Assembly: GCF_963676685.1 (NCBI RefSeq)
Contig: NC_092352.1
Span: forward strand, 56,358,001 to 56,422,000
Direction of reading: 5' to 3'
Length of the DNA stretch: 64,000 bases
Source: Mytilus edulis
Lineage: Eukaryota
Both the position numbers and the translations under genes were made by a program. Shown here one piece after another: positions 13,701 to 26,700 of this stretch. Position 1 is the stretch's first letter. Each line of letters starts with the position of its first letter. The notes beneath the pieces are model-generated. The model searched no databases. It saw nothing but the letters and a program-made list of their open reading frames with translations, and was not told where the DNA came from.

Positions 13701-16700
13701 GAGGATTGAGATTTTACGAAACATGTTTAACCCCACCGCATGTTTGCACCTGTCACAAGTGAGGAGCATCTGACCTTTGCTAGTCTAGTATGTTTTTAAA
13801 TTTTAGTTTAATAATTGTTTTGGAATATGTTGTGACGTTTATTTTCACTCAACTATTACAAATTACATTTAGGGGCCTCTGGGTGCGGGAATTTCTTACT
13901 GTGTTGAAGACCCGTTGGTGGCGTTCGACAGTGTTCTGCTCTTTGGTCGGATTGTTTTCTCTTTGACGCATTCCCATTACATTTCTCAATTATTATAAAA
14001 ATACAGCGGTAAAATAATATTGCATACAAGGGTTTTTTTAATTTGGAGTATTCCTAATTTTTGTATTTTTGATATATTTCTTTTAATTTTTACATACAAC
14101 GCAAGAAGTAAAAAAAATATCGATTAAATTCTGCAATCGATGTCTGTTTTGAAGGATATACCCATGAAGCCACTTCACGACTAAGAGAAGGTGTTTATTT
14201 AGATGCCCCATACTATTTGTCGATCCGCTTTGTGCACGATTAAGACATTTTGCTTCAAAAATACCAGTGAATGTTAAAAAACTTAAAGCATTAATGACTT
14301 TTCGGTTATAAAAAAATATACGGATTGTTGTCTTTTGACTTTATTCTAACTCATTGCTGAAGATGAGGCTGAGTTAATTATGTGTTTATTGCAGATTCAG
14401 GACCTCTTTACTACAACTGGACTGCAGGTGTAAGAATAAGAACTAACCTTGGTCAGATTGAAGATTGGGCTCAACGAAATGGCTTTGAAGAAGAATTCGC
14501 TCAAGTCTCGGAAAAACTTCTCACTGCTGCAGAATTTCTTTCTACCTCCAAATCTTTATTACTAAAAGTAAGTAATATATGATCATGAAGCAGTCGTATA
14601 ACACAACACTCATTGTGATTTTTTATATACTAAAACCTGTTCATTGAAACTCTTTTATTTTAATGATAGATTTTTCGATCGGACGTCACATGTCACTAGG
14701 GTTTATTGGCACTACTGCATGCTGCAATAATTTCAAACAGTCCATTTAATGCATCATATTGACATGAAAAAAACAAAAAGATAATCGTGTAGGAATTGGA
14801 CGTTCTTGTCAACATTTAACGACAAAGAGTTAACTAACTTTGTTGCATTCTGGAAAAAAAATAGAATAATTGATGCTCATCAATTGGTGTAACGTTGTGT
14901 TTGGGGTTTTTTTGGCGTACAAACAATGAATTAACACAAACAGTCAGATTCTGACACGGCGAATTTACTTCGCAGGATATCCTGTTTCGCATCAGATGAG
15001 CCATACTTTAAGATATGAAGTTAAACTGCTACAACAAATTTATGGAAAATATACTGTACACAACAAAACCAACAAAGTTTTTTCAGTATAAGATATAAAT
15101 TACCACTTCGATGGCGGAGTAATTGGAACTTTATCAAAACAGACGCATATGTTTTGATTGAATTGTTCATATTAGTGATTCGCTTAACATCAAATTGAAC
15201 ATAGTTCATGCTATAGATTTACATTATTATGTCAATCCGTAAGATCTGAGATAGGGCTGACTAAAATCATTAAGAGGCTGACGATTTTGACCACTACAGA
15301 AAAGTAGTTGCTCATTTAAAGAAAAGTGTTCACAAAAAACATCAAAAAGGCAAAATGAGAGCGTGTCAGTCTACCACCATATAAAACGTTGGTTGAATTT
15401 ACTGTGTCGTAGTTCTCCTCTTGTATTTGATGTGATTCCCTCAGTTTTAGTTTGTAACCCGGATTTGTTTTTTTTCTCAATCGATTTATGAATTTCGAAC
15501 AGCGGTATACTACTGTTGCCTTTATTGATGACATACGTTCTCATACTAGGATATTAAAAGATTTGCCGAATTGATACTTTTCAGTTTGACTGGATGAAAC
15601 TAAAGACAAATTTTCAACCATTAAACGAGGCACAACTTTATCATCTGGTTTGTGGGTATGATAATGGAGACAAATCGCCGCCTTCGTCATGGTTGCCGTC
15701 ACCCGAAGATAAACATCAGGCAAACATGAAAGGTATTAGGAATTTCGTTCATTATCCTTTAAATAAGGAATCATTGAGTGTTAGTGTATTATCAAGCTAA
15801 TAAAACCTGTCAATCATATATATAAATAATCAAAATTTTGAAACAACTTCACTTCAACGACCAAGGAAAATTGTTAGCATACAAATGAATTTAAATCACA
15901 AATCAATGAACATCCGATTACAATCAGACAAACAAGAAGTTCATACAGAATACTAGTAGTGTTATCCTATACTTGTATACATTTATTTTGACCAAAGGAA
16001 ACATTTTACTATTTCATTTACTAAAGAGTTATCCGATTTTATAAGACGATGAATGTATTGTCTACATTTTGTACGAAATCAGATTTTAGAAATTTCTATT
16101 GTTTCAAAAGGTTTCAAGCGCTAATAAAGGATTTAAAGTTCAAGGTTGCTTCTCGTCTGAATCTGTACCTGGCTTTTTTAAAGCAACATAAGAAATTGAA
16201 TTTAAATCACAAATTTATGAGAATCCTATTACAATCTCTTTTGATAGAAGATATACCATTGGAAATGACAGCACATCCGCCATTTTTGATTCCACAAGAC
16301 AATGGTTGTATTGATCTGATACACCCTCCTGACGAACAGGCCTTCTGGAAGATGTTTAAAGAACTCCATCCAGTATATGGAGTAACTGAAGGTACAGTGT
16401 TTCCGTTGTTTTCCCCTTATAGTTGATGTGCTTTCCCCCGGCTTTTGTTTGTAACCCGGACTTGTTTTCGCTTAATCGATTTATGACTACTGAACAGCAA
16501 TATACTACTGTTGCCTTTATTTACTCTTGGTTTAAATAGGAATAATATTACGTCATATTGGAAGATAACAGACTGGTGTCTCATGAACATCCTTCGATGT
16601 TGTTTGCTTGATTTGTTATATTTTTTTATTTCAAATTCAAGGGACCAAAAACGTGGCCTAATCCTGCCTTCTTCTTCAGATATTTATCAGGTATTCATGA

Positions 16701-19700
16701 TATTGACAGGCCACCATACTTTTTCAATATACTAGTAATTGCTGAGCTGTGTTCCTTTTTTGCTGTAAAAAATAAAAAATAAAAAAAATAATGAACTCCG
16801 AGGAAAATTCAAAACGAAAAGTCCCTAATCAAATAGCAATATCAAAAACTCAAACACAAACACATCACACAAATGAACAACTGTCATATTCCTGACTTGG
16901 CACAGGCATTTTCTTATGTAGAAAATAGCGTACTGAACCTGGTTTTATAGCTGGCTAAACCTCTCACTTATATGACATTCGTATAAAATTCCATTATATT
17001 GACAACGATGTGTGAACAAAACAAACAGACATAAAAGGTAAAAATGTCAAAAATAGGGTAACAGCAGTCAACGTTGTTAAACACTATAGAAACAAACATA
17101 TCTAGATTTATAAATAAACATTTACCATGACACAATTACACAATGACGGGATGTATAAGTTTAGAGCCACGTCACATGCAAGAAACACAAAAAGGCACAC
17201 GGACAAAACACAATAGCAAACCTTTATTCTGCTTTCTGTCAATACTAGGGCTTACCCTGACTACTTGCTTGAAATATAAAGCTTATAAGGAGATTCGGTA
17301 ATTGTCATAGAAATATGTTTGATAGATATTGAGTTCAAAATTGAAAGTAACAACATGCAAACTGATTTATTTTATTTATTCAGATGACAGTGATAGCGGA
17401 TTCAGTCCTTCTAATACTCCAAGATTTTCCAGTAATTTTCCCAAAGCTGAACTTCAAAATTCATTCTTCAATACTCCTGATGGCAATCGTAGTGATACAG
17501 AAGTGTATTCAAGTGACATAAGTACAGGTGCCAAAAAACAATTCTACAAACTTTCATATGAAAGTGATACTAATTCAACGCCAAAGACTTCCACGCCATC
17601 TTCGCCAAAACATCCCCCATCGTCAAAACGACAAGAGTCTATCAATAGAAGACTTGATCTGTTAATTACAAACAATAATTTAAATGTTCCTGAAAATTTT
17701 CAAAATGGAATAACCCCAATTGAAGACGCTGCGCCACCCCTGCCACCAAGAAGTTACAAATTTCCTTCATCACCAACATCACCACATCAATTGACCAATG
17801 GGAGTCTGTCACTAAGTGCTAACAGTATCAGCCTTAAGAAACAGTTATCACATGAGCTTGAAGATGAGGATCCCTTAGGGAGGGAAAATCTTGCTCAAGT
17901 CAATCGCCAGATCTACGAATCACTTGGACAAATGAGTCCGACAAGTAAGTTTAAACTATAAGTTACAAGATTCAAAGATATATACATTTTTGTAGTATGA
18001 TGTTTAATTTGAATTATTTTAGCGATGCTGGTATATTCGTGGGTTATATTTTCATTTTAATTCGAAAACCCTGAGAACTATTTAGGTTAAGTTGAATTAT
18101 GTTGTATATTAGCTTTCATCCATTATATAAAAAAGAAGATGTGGTATGATTGCCAATGAGACAACTATCCACAAAAGACCAAAATGATACAGACATTGAC
18201 AACTATAGGTCACCGTACGGCCTTCAACAATGAGCAAAGCCCATACCGCATAGTCATTGTATATTCTCTAAAAATAACATGATTTACTTTTCAGAATATT
18301 GACTGTCTATACTGTGGATTTATTATTATTCTTTGGATACCAATTTTTGTGGATTTCGTAGGTAAAGGTGAACCACGAAACTTAATGTTTAACGAATGAC
18401 AAATTTCCTGTAGGCTTGTACGCAAATTTCGTCAAAACCACGAAATTAAATATTCACGAACAAGTAAGTTTTTATTGATTCACAAAAATTGGTACACACG
18501 AAAATAAGTGAATCCACAGTATATAATATATTTTTTCACAGATAGCAGACCTCCATTGGTTCCAGTTTTGGGAACTACAGTGAAGTCTGCAAATAATCCG
18601 GTTTTCTCTGTTGGGATTACAAAGGGTGACAAGGGCCTTGGACTTGGCCTGATAGACGGCCTGGTGAGTTGTCTGTTGAATACATTCTGTCCTTTCGTTA
18701 AGTGAATCTTAGATGGAGTTAATCACTTGTCCCATTTGGTTTTGTAGCTCCTCAAATATTCAAGTAACTACATAGCATTGACTCTCAAATGTTTTGAATT
18801 GAGCATCAGTTCCAAAATCAATTACACTATTTTACTTCTACTACATGCTCGTTTACATTCTTTTTATCATGGTTTTCCCTCGCACTTGCGCTGTGCGGTT
18901 GCCGAAGTTCTTCAAGAGGTCTTGTTGTTAGATCACTGCATACGGAAACACTTTCGTCGAATAGGATTATGTGAAAACTGATATAGCGGTACATTCCTGA
19001 AGATTTTATGTGATAAAGGATTTTCTAAATAAAAAAAAGTCCATGTACACTTATCTTAAACGAATATAAATATATTCAACTTTGATTTTTTTTTAAATGG
19101 AGTTTCATATTACTATGTTAAATACTACTGTCTCTTAAAACGTGTGTCAAGTATGAAGCATATTCACTCAAAGATTTATACCAAAAAGTACTTGCATCCT
19201 TTGAAAACGTAATACAATGATTTATTATCTGGTTCATATATTTGCATGATGGCAAACCTAACAATGTGTATAAAGTTAGGATAATTCACTCCATTATTAA
19301 TTTATTTTTGAGTTCGGTACCAGTATCACATTTGTTGATTTATTCTACGTAATTGCGTGGTATATGTAACGTCTCAAAAGAAAATCACCCAACAAAAATG
19401 AACTCCGAAGAAAATTAAAACGAAAAGTCCTTAATCAAATGGCAAAATCAAAAGATAAAACACATCAAACATTTTGTATGGATAACAAACTGTCATGTTC
19501 TTGACTTGGGACATGTATTTTCTTCTTTCTAACATGCTTACAAATTTATTTTCTAATGAATGTCAATCCCTTGTAGTATACGCCTCTAAGACTGGCCGGT
19601 ATATACATTCGAAAAGTGTTGCCAGGAAGTCCGGCAGCAGACATTGGTAGACTACAAGTTGGCGATCGTCTGCTTTGTGTCAATGGTAAAAGTATAGTTG

Positions 19701-20828
19701 GTGCTGATTATCAAAGGTTCGTTCACTATAGCTACTTTATATTCTTTGAGTTGTCATTTACTGGTTTCTTTCTGATAAATCATGCAGGTATTAAATAGCA
19801 CTTTCACTCTTTCTGTGTGTTATTTTTATATTTTTAAATAAATTAATTTTGTAACACGTCTTCTGATTTGATGGAATATTTTGGCTATCACCTTTTAGTA
19901 ATATTTTTAACGTTTTTTTCACAAATTAATCCTTTAAAATGGAACTCAGGATCAAATTATAAAAATCGACTGTACTATTTTTCTGTCTATTCGAAATGAC
20001 CTTAAATAAAATGTGCAGCACACTTTTTAACAAAACGCTATGCGAGTTATTCAAATTGTTCCACATTTTCTATGCTTCTTTCTTCATAGACAGAAAAGAT
20101 ATTACAGTCATCCCTTGAATGAATCTCTATCAAATAAGTAGTTGGATAACTCTACTTGAAAAATGTAAGTCCCAATAGGTGTCACTAGCACTTTATGTTG
20201 TATTTACGCTTTTACGCCGTTATGACATGATTTGTTAGGTTTCTTTGTCCGTTTAAGTATGTAGTTTATTTGTATTACCCGCATCAATCTGGTGTGTAGT
20301 TTTAACGAAATGTAGAAGAGAACTTGTCTCGAACCGGTTCTGGTTGCATCTGTAACATGCACAGAGGTGTGAGTTTATGTTCCGCGTTGAACGATTGATT
20401 GTGGCTGTGAGAAAAAGAATACCAAAAAAGTACTGTTTCAAAGCTTTGGGATTTTTCTAAATCTTTTACATATTTTGTGTCATAAGTTATATGTAAGATG
20501 CATAATGTAGATTGTAATTGCATCAGACAGGAATTTCTACATTGTGTTCAAATTACACTTAGTTCGTTTGTTAAACATAACATTTATAACTGCATATAAC
20601 CACTGCAGAAGAATCCTTTCACAAATAATTTAAACATTTGCTCATTTGACTTGTATGACACACTCGTATTACTCGACAAAATATTCATTAGGTGCTAACC
20701 ATTGTAACAGTTCTTGTTTTATTTCCAGTGCTATGAAATTAATACGCGCGGCTGGAGAGCAGTTGACGTTATTAGTAGCCAAAGGAAATGAGTCCATCGC
20801 CACAAAGATTTCATCATCAAGTTGCTAA
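1688..20828 (+). CDS. RADIL: Ras-associating and dilute domain-containing protein-like (RADIL-like), 5'-partial; join(1688-1725,3064-3304,12282-12501,14395-14567,15585-15732,16248-16391,17384-17944,18542-18663,19577-19716,20729-20828), ~628 aa visible
   Basis: All ten exons have AG/GT boundaries and consecutive phases match (2,0,1,0,1,1,1,0,2). The translation gives a dilute domain (WMSNCVQLILFL...LEEIVVFCFQQAIYAITKALY...YNWTAGVRIRTNLGQIEDW...LNEAQLYHLV) and a C-terminal PDZ domain (GLGLGLIDGLYTPLRLAGIYIRKVLPGSPAA...GDRLLCVNGKSIVGADYQSAMKLIR). DIL followed by a terminal PDZ is the RADIL architecture. Confidence 0.88.
3064..3304 (+). CDS. RADIL: RADIL-like exon (pre-DIL/DIL N-terminal part)
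   Basis: ttattgtag|T...AAG|gtaagc; lies within ORF 3017-3325. Confidence 0.85.
4119..4534 (-). CDS. Second gC1q-domain exon (paralog of 8068-8480); no signal-peptide exon of its own found
   Basis: Open frame with acceptor ttttag|AT GAT GGT GCA GTA GCA TTT (phase 1). About 30 aa differences over 128 aa versus the upstream copy, no stops or frameshifts. Confidence 0.8.
5332..5884. mobile_element. Non-autonomous DNA transposon with TTAA TSD (Kolobok-like)
   Basis: ttaa|gggggttcgcgggtctaaa ... tttataccctcgagcctcc|ttaa; imperfect 20-bp TIR with purine-purine termini. Confidence 0.78.
6930..7509. mobile_element. MITE-like insertion in the duplicated C1q 3' flank
   Basis: Imperfect TIRs aaggagtaggttcagtaag / cttaacagacctaatcctt; absent from the paralogous flank at ~3690-3710. 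Confidence 0.72.
7737..7850 (+). mobile_element. Short insertion carrying a hammerhead motif (7774-7817; core GAAA mutated to GGAA) with 6-bp TSD ttagta
   Basis: Absent from the paralogous 3' flank at ~3905-3925; ttagta at 7731-7736 and 7851-7856. Confidence 0.8.
8068..9530 (-). CDS. Secreted C1q domain-containing protein (signal peptide + coiled coil + gC1q), join(9530-9113,8480-8068), 276 aa
   Basis: Exon 1 starts with the signal peptide MLRLQLFLLIVAVGGINS, followed by heptad-like helices; phase-1 donor TCAG|gtaaa. Exon 2 has acceptor ttttag|GT and gC1q motifs VAFSA, F..V.IN, TGIFTCP.AGLYAF, L.VGD.VWV, SSFMGF. Confidence 0.9.
10310..10598 (-). mobile_element. tRNA-derived SINE
   Basis: Reverse complement has A box TGGTATAGTGG and B box GGTTCGATCC, then a non-tRNA body including gcacgtaaaagacaccc; the acceptor stem does not pair. 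Confidence 0.75.
12282..12501 (+). CDS. RADIL: RADIL-like exon (DIL domain)
   Basis: atttcag|GCT CTC TAT...GAG G|gtaag; encodes QIFMYLFFFCSTSIFNKLF. Confidence 0.88.
14395..14567 (+). CDS. RADIL: RADIL-like exon (DIL domain)
   Basis: ttgcag|AT...AAA|gtaagt; encodes YNWTAGVRIRTNLGQIEDW. Confidence 0.88.
15585..15732 (+). CDS. RADIL: RADIL-like exon (DIL C-terminal part)
   Basis: ttttcag|TTT GAC TGG...AAA G|gtatt; encodes FQPLNEAQLYHLVCGY. Confidence 0.85.
16248..16391 (+). CDS. RADIL: RADIL-like exon
   Basis: ttttgatag|AA...GAA G|gtacag; encodes the HPPFLIP motif. Confidence 0.8.
17384..17944 (+). CDS. RADIL: RADIL-like exon (Ser/Pro-rich linker)
   Basis: ttattcag|AT...ACA A|gtaagt; 561-nt open frame inside ORF 17329-17961. 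Confidence 0.82.
18312..18519. mobile_element. ~210-bp MITE with TA TSD (Tc1/mariner-like)
   Basis: ta|ctgtggatt ... aatccacag|ta; second copy at 53899-54107. Confidence 0.8.
18542..18663 (+). CDS. RADIL: RADIL-like exon (PDZ start)
   Basis: tttcacag|AT...CTG|gtgagt; encodes KGDKGLGLGLIDG. Confidence 0.88.
19577..19716 (+). CDS. RADIL: RADIL-like exon (PDZ core)
   Basis: cttgtag|TAT...AG|gttcgt; encodes GSPAA...GDRLLCVNG. Confidence 0.88.
20729..20828 (+). CDS. RADIL: RADIL-like last coding exon (PDZ end and stop)
   Basis: atttccag|T GCT ATG...TGC TAA; AATAAA signals follow near 21040 and 21192. Confidence 0.85.
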
Positions 20829-21404
20829 AAACATGATCATTTCAAAGTGTGCACATAATATTTGGTGTATAATAATTAACTATATTATCTTCAATTCATA
20901 AATGTTTATAAATATTGTTCGTTTTGACGTTCAGGTATTCAATTTTATAAATCTTGTATGGCGATGAAAGAATGTGAGATTCACAATTAATATTTGACAT
21001 TTCGAAAACATGAAATTCATTTCTAACCATCTACCAAAGAATAAAATGTCGATATGTTTTGTTTTTTTACAAGTTCATCATTAGAACAAATCTACGCATT
21101 GTGGATTCTAAAATATGTATCGTATGTGAAGACTCCTCATAAAGCATTATCAAAATATATTATATACTATCTATTATTTATACTTTTTGTGAATAAAATT
21201 TTGATATGTGATTAATACATACTAATGTTTCTACTGTTTTACGTAAATTTGAAACATATGAAATGTGTGACTTATTAAGCAAATTTCCAGGCAGTCCAAA
21301 CATTGATCTGCATACTAGTACACTATTGTAGTAAAGGAAAATAATTCCTCAGCGGATTCGATCAATGTTCATAGTTTGAGTATGAAGGTGAAATTCAAGC
21401 GAAA

Positions 21405-21540
21405 CTGCTTCGTACTTCGTACTTTATTTGGCCTATTTAACCTTTTTTGGATTCGGATGTCACTGATGAGTCTTTTGTAGACGAAACGCGCTTCTTGCGT
21501 AAATACATAATGTAATCCTGGTATCTATGATGAGGTTATT
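21405..21540 (+). mobile_element. Hammerhead-repeat fragment (motif 21457-21500, stems I and III degenerate)
   Basis: cactgatgagtcttttgtagacgaaacgcgc, plus the same flanks as the 45.7-kb copies. Confidence 0.75.
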
Positions 21541-23754
21541 TCCATTCAAACTGCATGAGTGGCTTGATTGTCTTTCGTAATGAACACCCGAAATAAATTA
21601 CAGTTTCGAACACCACAAATCTGAATTGTTCAAAGGATAACATTGAAAAGTGCCCACTCACAAAGTACATGTGTACTTAGTTTCAAGTAAAAAAAACCTG
21701 CCTGAAACTAAAAATTAAATAAAACATCAATCAAACCTTTGCCCAATCACAGGTCCATGTTCAGTGAACCATGAAATCAGAATCAAAACATGTATATGGT
21801 ATTTACATCACACAATTCGAATTCCCTACATGCGTATCAATTTTTAAGTTGATATGAGCTCAAACCAATTAAAGTAAAAACCGATATAAAAAAGACGGAC
21901 TGACCAAAGGAATGAGAAACGGACTGACCAGCGGAAAACATGCCGACGGACTGGGAAAATATGTTCCTGACCGTAGGTTTATGAAGATAATTTAGACTAC
22001 GCAGCAACATTATAAAATTCGACAGAAAATATTTGCAGTGATTATTCGAAGAAATGATGATACACTGTAATGTGAAGTATTAGCAAGGAATGAATCAGAT
22101 AGACGATATGCACTGATTTGTGATTTGCCGGAAGCGTTAGTGCATGTGATATTGTAAGTCTAGTAGGGTATTTTTAATTCTAGTTCATTGATATGTTTCG
22201 GAGTTAAGTGTCACGTCCATTTACACTGAACCAGTACACATTTTTGTTTAGGGGCAAGCTGCAGCCTGCCTCCGAGTGCGGTATTTTTTCGTTGTGTTAA
22301 GGACCCATTATAGTCCTTGGTATGTTGTCTGCTCTTTGGTCATGTTGTTATCTCTTTGACACATTCCCAATGTCTATTCTCAATTTTATTCATCACTTTG
22401 AGATAGAAAATAGAATAAATCAATCATGAAAAAAAGATGCTTTAATAACGACGCAATTTATTTACATTTGTGGATGACCGAATTAACTCGAACCTTAGTG
22501 ATTTAGCACTTGCTTCAACCAACAACTGGAATCTCTCCGGATCCGGACCTAAAATGAGATATAGTCTAAATTCGAGTATGCTCGTTTAATGCTAAAATTA
22601 AATGAGAAGCTATGAGTAGCTGTCAAAGTTCAAGCATGATATGCAAAACTTAGGTCTTTAATCGATAAACAGAGTGAGACAAAACCAAAATCTCTTTCTC
22701 TTTTATAAACACACACTTACTGGATACGAAATGCGCGCGTGCATAAATATAAGCTTATGATATGTTTAATATTTCTTTATCTTTCAATCTATTGGGAAGA
22801 AAGCAGAAATTATCAATTTTAGAAACTTTTTTCCTATTGGCAATAAAAGTAAAATCACAAAAATACTGAACTTCGAGGAAAATGTAAAACGGAAAGTCCC
22901 TAATCAAATGGTAAAAGCACGAACACATCACATTCAAACATAAGGATAATAACTGTCATATTCCTATTCCTATGTGGAAAACACCGGTGAATTATACGTC
23001 ATCTCTAGTAGACTATCATTAAGGTAAACCATTCAGACCAATAACTTGTCTGAAAAAAAACATATTTTGTACACTTTACGCCATATCAGCACATTTATAT
23101 ATTCATTGCTGACCCATGAACTAAATAAGTCAAACGTGCACATCAATATTCTCAAACTATACTTTCAGGAGGAGCATATAAGAGAATAAAATGCAAATAG
23201 GAATGTATAATTCTTATGTCGCATTGAACATATTACACCGGGATTCTATGAAACCCCGATAGTATTTGCAGTTGATTAAAATATTCAAACGATAGTGTAT
23301 TATGGAAAGAGATAATTGCACATTGAGCTTCTACTGCGTGGTATTAAGACGCTACTAGTGAGATAAGAAATCATGTATTACAGCGTAATTAGAGAATGCC
23401 TTTTTTGTAATTGTAAAGTGTGCAAGGCGTTTAACACATATTTTTCCACATTTTTATCAGTCAAAGATTTTGTACCATTCAAATAATAAAAATATGCATT
23501 TTATTCTGAATAAAGGGGCGAAGGATACCAGAGGGACATTCAAACTCATAAATCAAAAATAAACTGACAACGCCATGTAAAAACAAATTAACAAACACAC
23601 AACAGTACACAAAAAAAAACAACATAGAAAAATAAAGTCTTAGCAACAGGAACCCCAACAAAAATTGGGTGCTCCAAATGGGAAAGCAGATCTTGCCCAC
23701 CATGTAAATGTGTGGGTTTGCTTTATAGTTATTAAAGTTATCTCGTCATACATC

Positions 23755-26700
23755 TTACTCATTATTTGTCTCACAAACGAACTGGTGAAGTGTAATGCAG
23801 TTGTCGTCTGCCCATTTTCCACGGAAAGGACCATACAATACTACACAGTTTGCTGAAGTATGAGAATTAGGTTCGCCCGGTTGAAAATTATTGACTTTTA
23901 TCGGTTCTTGTCCGGTTGAGTATATCCATCGGTCTTCATCGATTATATCTGATATGCCAATCCAAAATGATCCTCCTTGAAAATTGGAAATATATATTTT
24001 GAGATTTTCAATGTGTTCAGTAATATAGATACAATGAAAAAGCGTTCCTTCTTGAAAAAGAAACCATGAGCCCGTGTCCAAAAATTTTACATTAATGTGC
24101 TGATACGATGTACGATACAATGTGTTTACCTTTGCAAAATTATGTTTTCAACAGCAAATCACATAACTAATTGGGAAAATACATAGATTACGTGTTTTTA
24201 TGTACTAATTGAAAAACGACGAGTTTCTGGTTCTATTATTACATCAACAATGAAGATAAAAACATAACAAATATTTTGTTAGCATAAATAAAATACATTC
24301 ACTTAAATATTTTAAACAATAAAATCGTAGAAATGTTGACGTTGTCAGATGGTGTTGAAGACATATTTACTGATTAACTGAGAATTCATAGTTAAAAGAA
24401 CATATATTAACATGACACATTTACTATGTAGTTTCTTATACGATATTATTAATTTCACTCATGTAGACATATGAAGCAGCTATGCAGGATATTTGGGATA
24501 CTTATTATAGTTTTTAATGTTAAACGTAACTAAAACCTACCAACTTTCTGACTTTGGCTTATTATATAATTAGATTCGTCTGATGTCATCGGTTCAGCAA
24601 GTTTTGAATCAAATACACGACAAACTGACTGCAAAGTAAAAACGTGCATTACAAAATGACAGAATATTGAGTGCAATCAGTCTGCTAGATCAAGACACTT
24701 TTTTCAATAGGTCGACATCAATTCAGTTGTTTAAACTGAATTTTACATCTTCTTTCTTAATAGTTTGGACGGTCAAATGCATAAATCAGATAGGCCAGAA
24801 CAGTATCATCAAATAAATCTAAAATAGGCAAGAACAGTACTACCAACTACCAAGGAAATTTTAAAAGGGTATACCATTACTATTAAAGACATTTTATATA
24901 GGCCAGAACAATATCACCAAAAGAATTTAAAGTAGGCAAGAACAGTATAACCAAATACCAAAGAAATTTTAAAAGGGAAGAACTGTACTACCAAAGAAAT
25001 CTAAAAAGACAAAAACAGTACTATCAATGAAATCTAAAATATGCAAAAACAGTACTATCAAAGAAATCTAAAATTAGATGAACAGTATTATCAAAGAAAT
25101 CGAAAATAGGAAAGAACAGTTATACCAAAGAAATATAAAAGTAGAGGAGAACAGTACTATCAGAAAAATCTGAAATAGACAGGAACAGTCCTATTAGAGA
25201 TATCTAAAAAGGGAAGAACAGTACTATTAAAGAAATTTAAAAAGGGAAGTTAAGAACAGTACTATGAATGAATTTTAAAAAAAAGAAAGGCAAGAACAGT
25301 ACTACCGAAACCATCTAAAAAGGCAAGAATAATACTTTCAAAATCATTTAAATAGACAGGAACAGTACTATGAAAGAAATCTAACATTGGCAAGAACAGT
25401 ACTGTGAAAAGAATCATACAAAGGTGAGAACAGTACTATCGCATAAATCTAAAATGGGCAAGAATAGGGCTACATGTTTCAAAGAAATCTAAAATAGGCA
25501 GGAATATTTTTATCAAAGATATATCAAATAGGCAAAAACAGTTCTAACAAAGAAATATGAAAAAGACAAGAACAGTACTTCAAAGGAAATATAATAAAGA
25601 CAAGGATAGTGCTACTCACCATTGCCTCACTCCATGGTTCAACTTGATGACTGAAGAAGTAGCATTTTTTTCCAAATTGTGTCCATCCATTTTTGCAGCC
25701 TAAAGAGGAATGATAACAAAGCAAGGATGAGATAATAATTTAAAATTCGCGAATATAGATTATAATTTGTTCTTATGTTGTACTGTTATGCCACTGTTAG
25801 GTGGAGTGTTTGGTGCCAGTAAACTAGAGTAATTCCTCCAGATTCTGTATATATGTGCCTGTCCGAAGTCATTAGTGGTTGCCGTTAGTTTCTGTATATC
25901 ATATTTGTTTTTCGTTCATAGATTTGTACATAAATAATCCGTTAGCTTTAATCTGAATTGTTTTACAATAGTCATTTCGGGACCTTTCATAGCTAATTTT
26001 GCAGCATGGTTTATGCTCAATGTATGCCTAATGATGACCTACAGATGATGTAAACTTCTACGTCCTTTTGTCTTTGGTGGAGAGCTACCTCATTGGAAAC
26101 CATATCAAATCTTCTTATTTAGATAAAATACTATATGACCTAGTTTAAATGTAAGACTGTGAGATAGCTTTGTCTTGCTTTTGCGACAAAAGTCGAAGGC
26201 TCAACAAAAATTGGGAAAAATAATAAAATACTCCTAAATACTATCTTACGATTGTAAACAAACTTCTGTCCAAGTTTGGAACAAAACGGGATAGTTTAAC
26301 AAAGATATAAAATTTCAAAAACGTTAGCCAGAGTGAATATTAGTGGACGACAACGCCGACGACGGAATGTACGATCGATATGTCTCGCTTTTGCGACAAA
26401 AGTGGCAGGCTCGACAAAAAGGGATATGCTATGTAGTGTTTCCCCCAAGCATGTTAAGGGCATACGATACAGTTTTGAACCCATATTGAAAGTTTGCTGA
26501 CAATTTGCATATAGGCTTTTTTTTTTGCCTGATTAAATCAAATATGTCATAAAAAAAATATACTTTCATGTGCTACTTTTTGAGTAAAATGAGGTCGAAA
26601 TTTTATGTATTTGCTCAAAATTCGGATTTGTTGGCGTATTTTTCCTTTCGGCAGAAATACATTATTTTTTTGTTTTAAAAAATAAACACAAGCTGATTTT

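Noticed and set aside
24785-25612. CRISPR-like array
   Set aside because: Units are directly tandem with no unique spacers, the context is eukaryotic, and there are no cas genes
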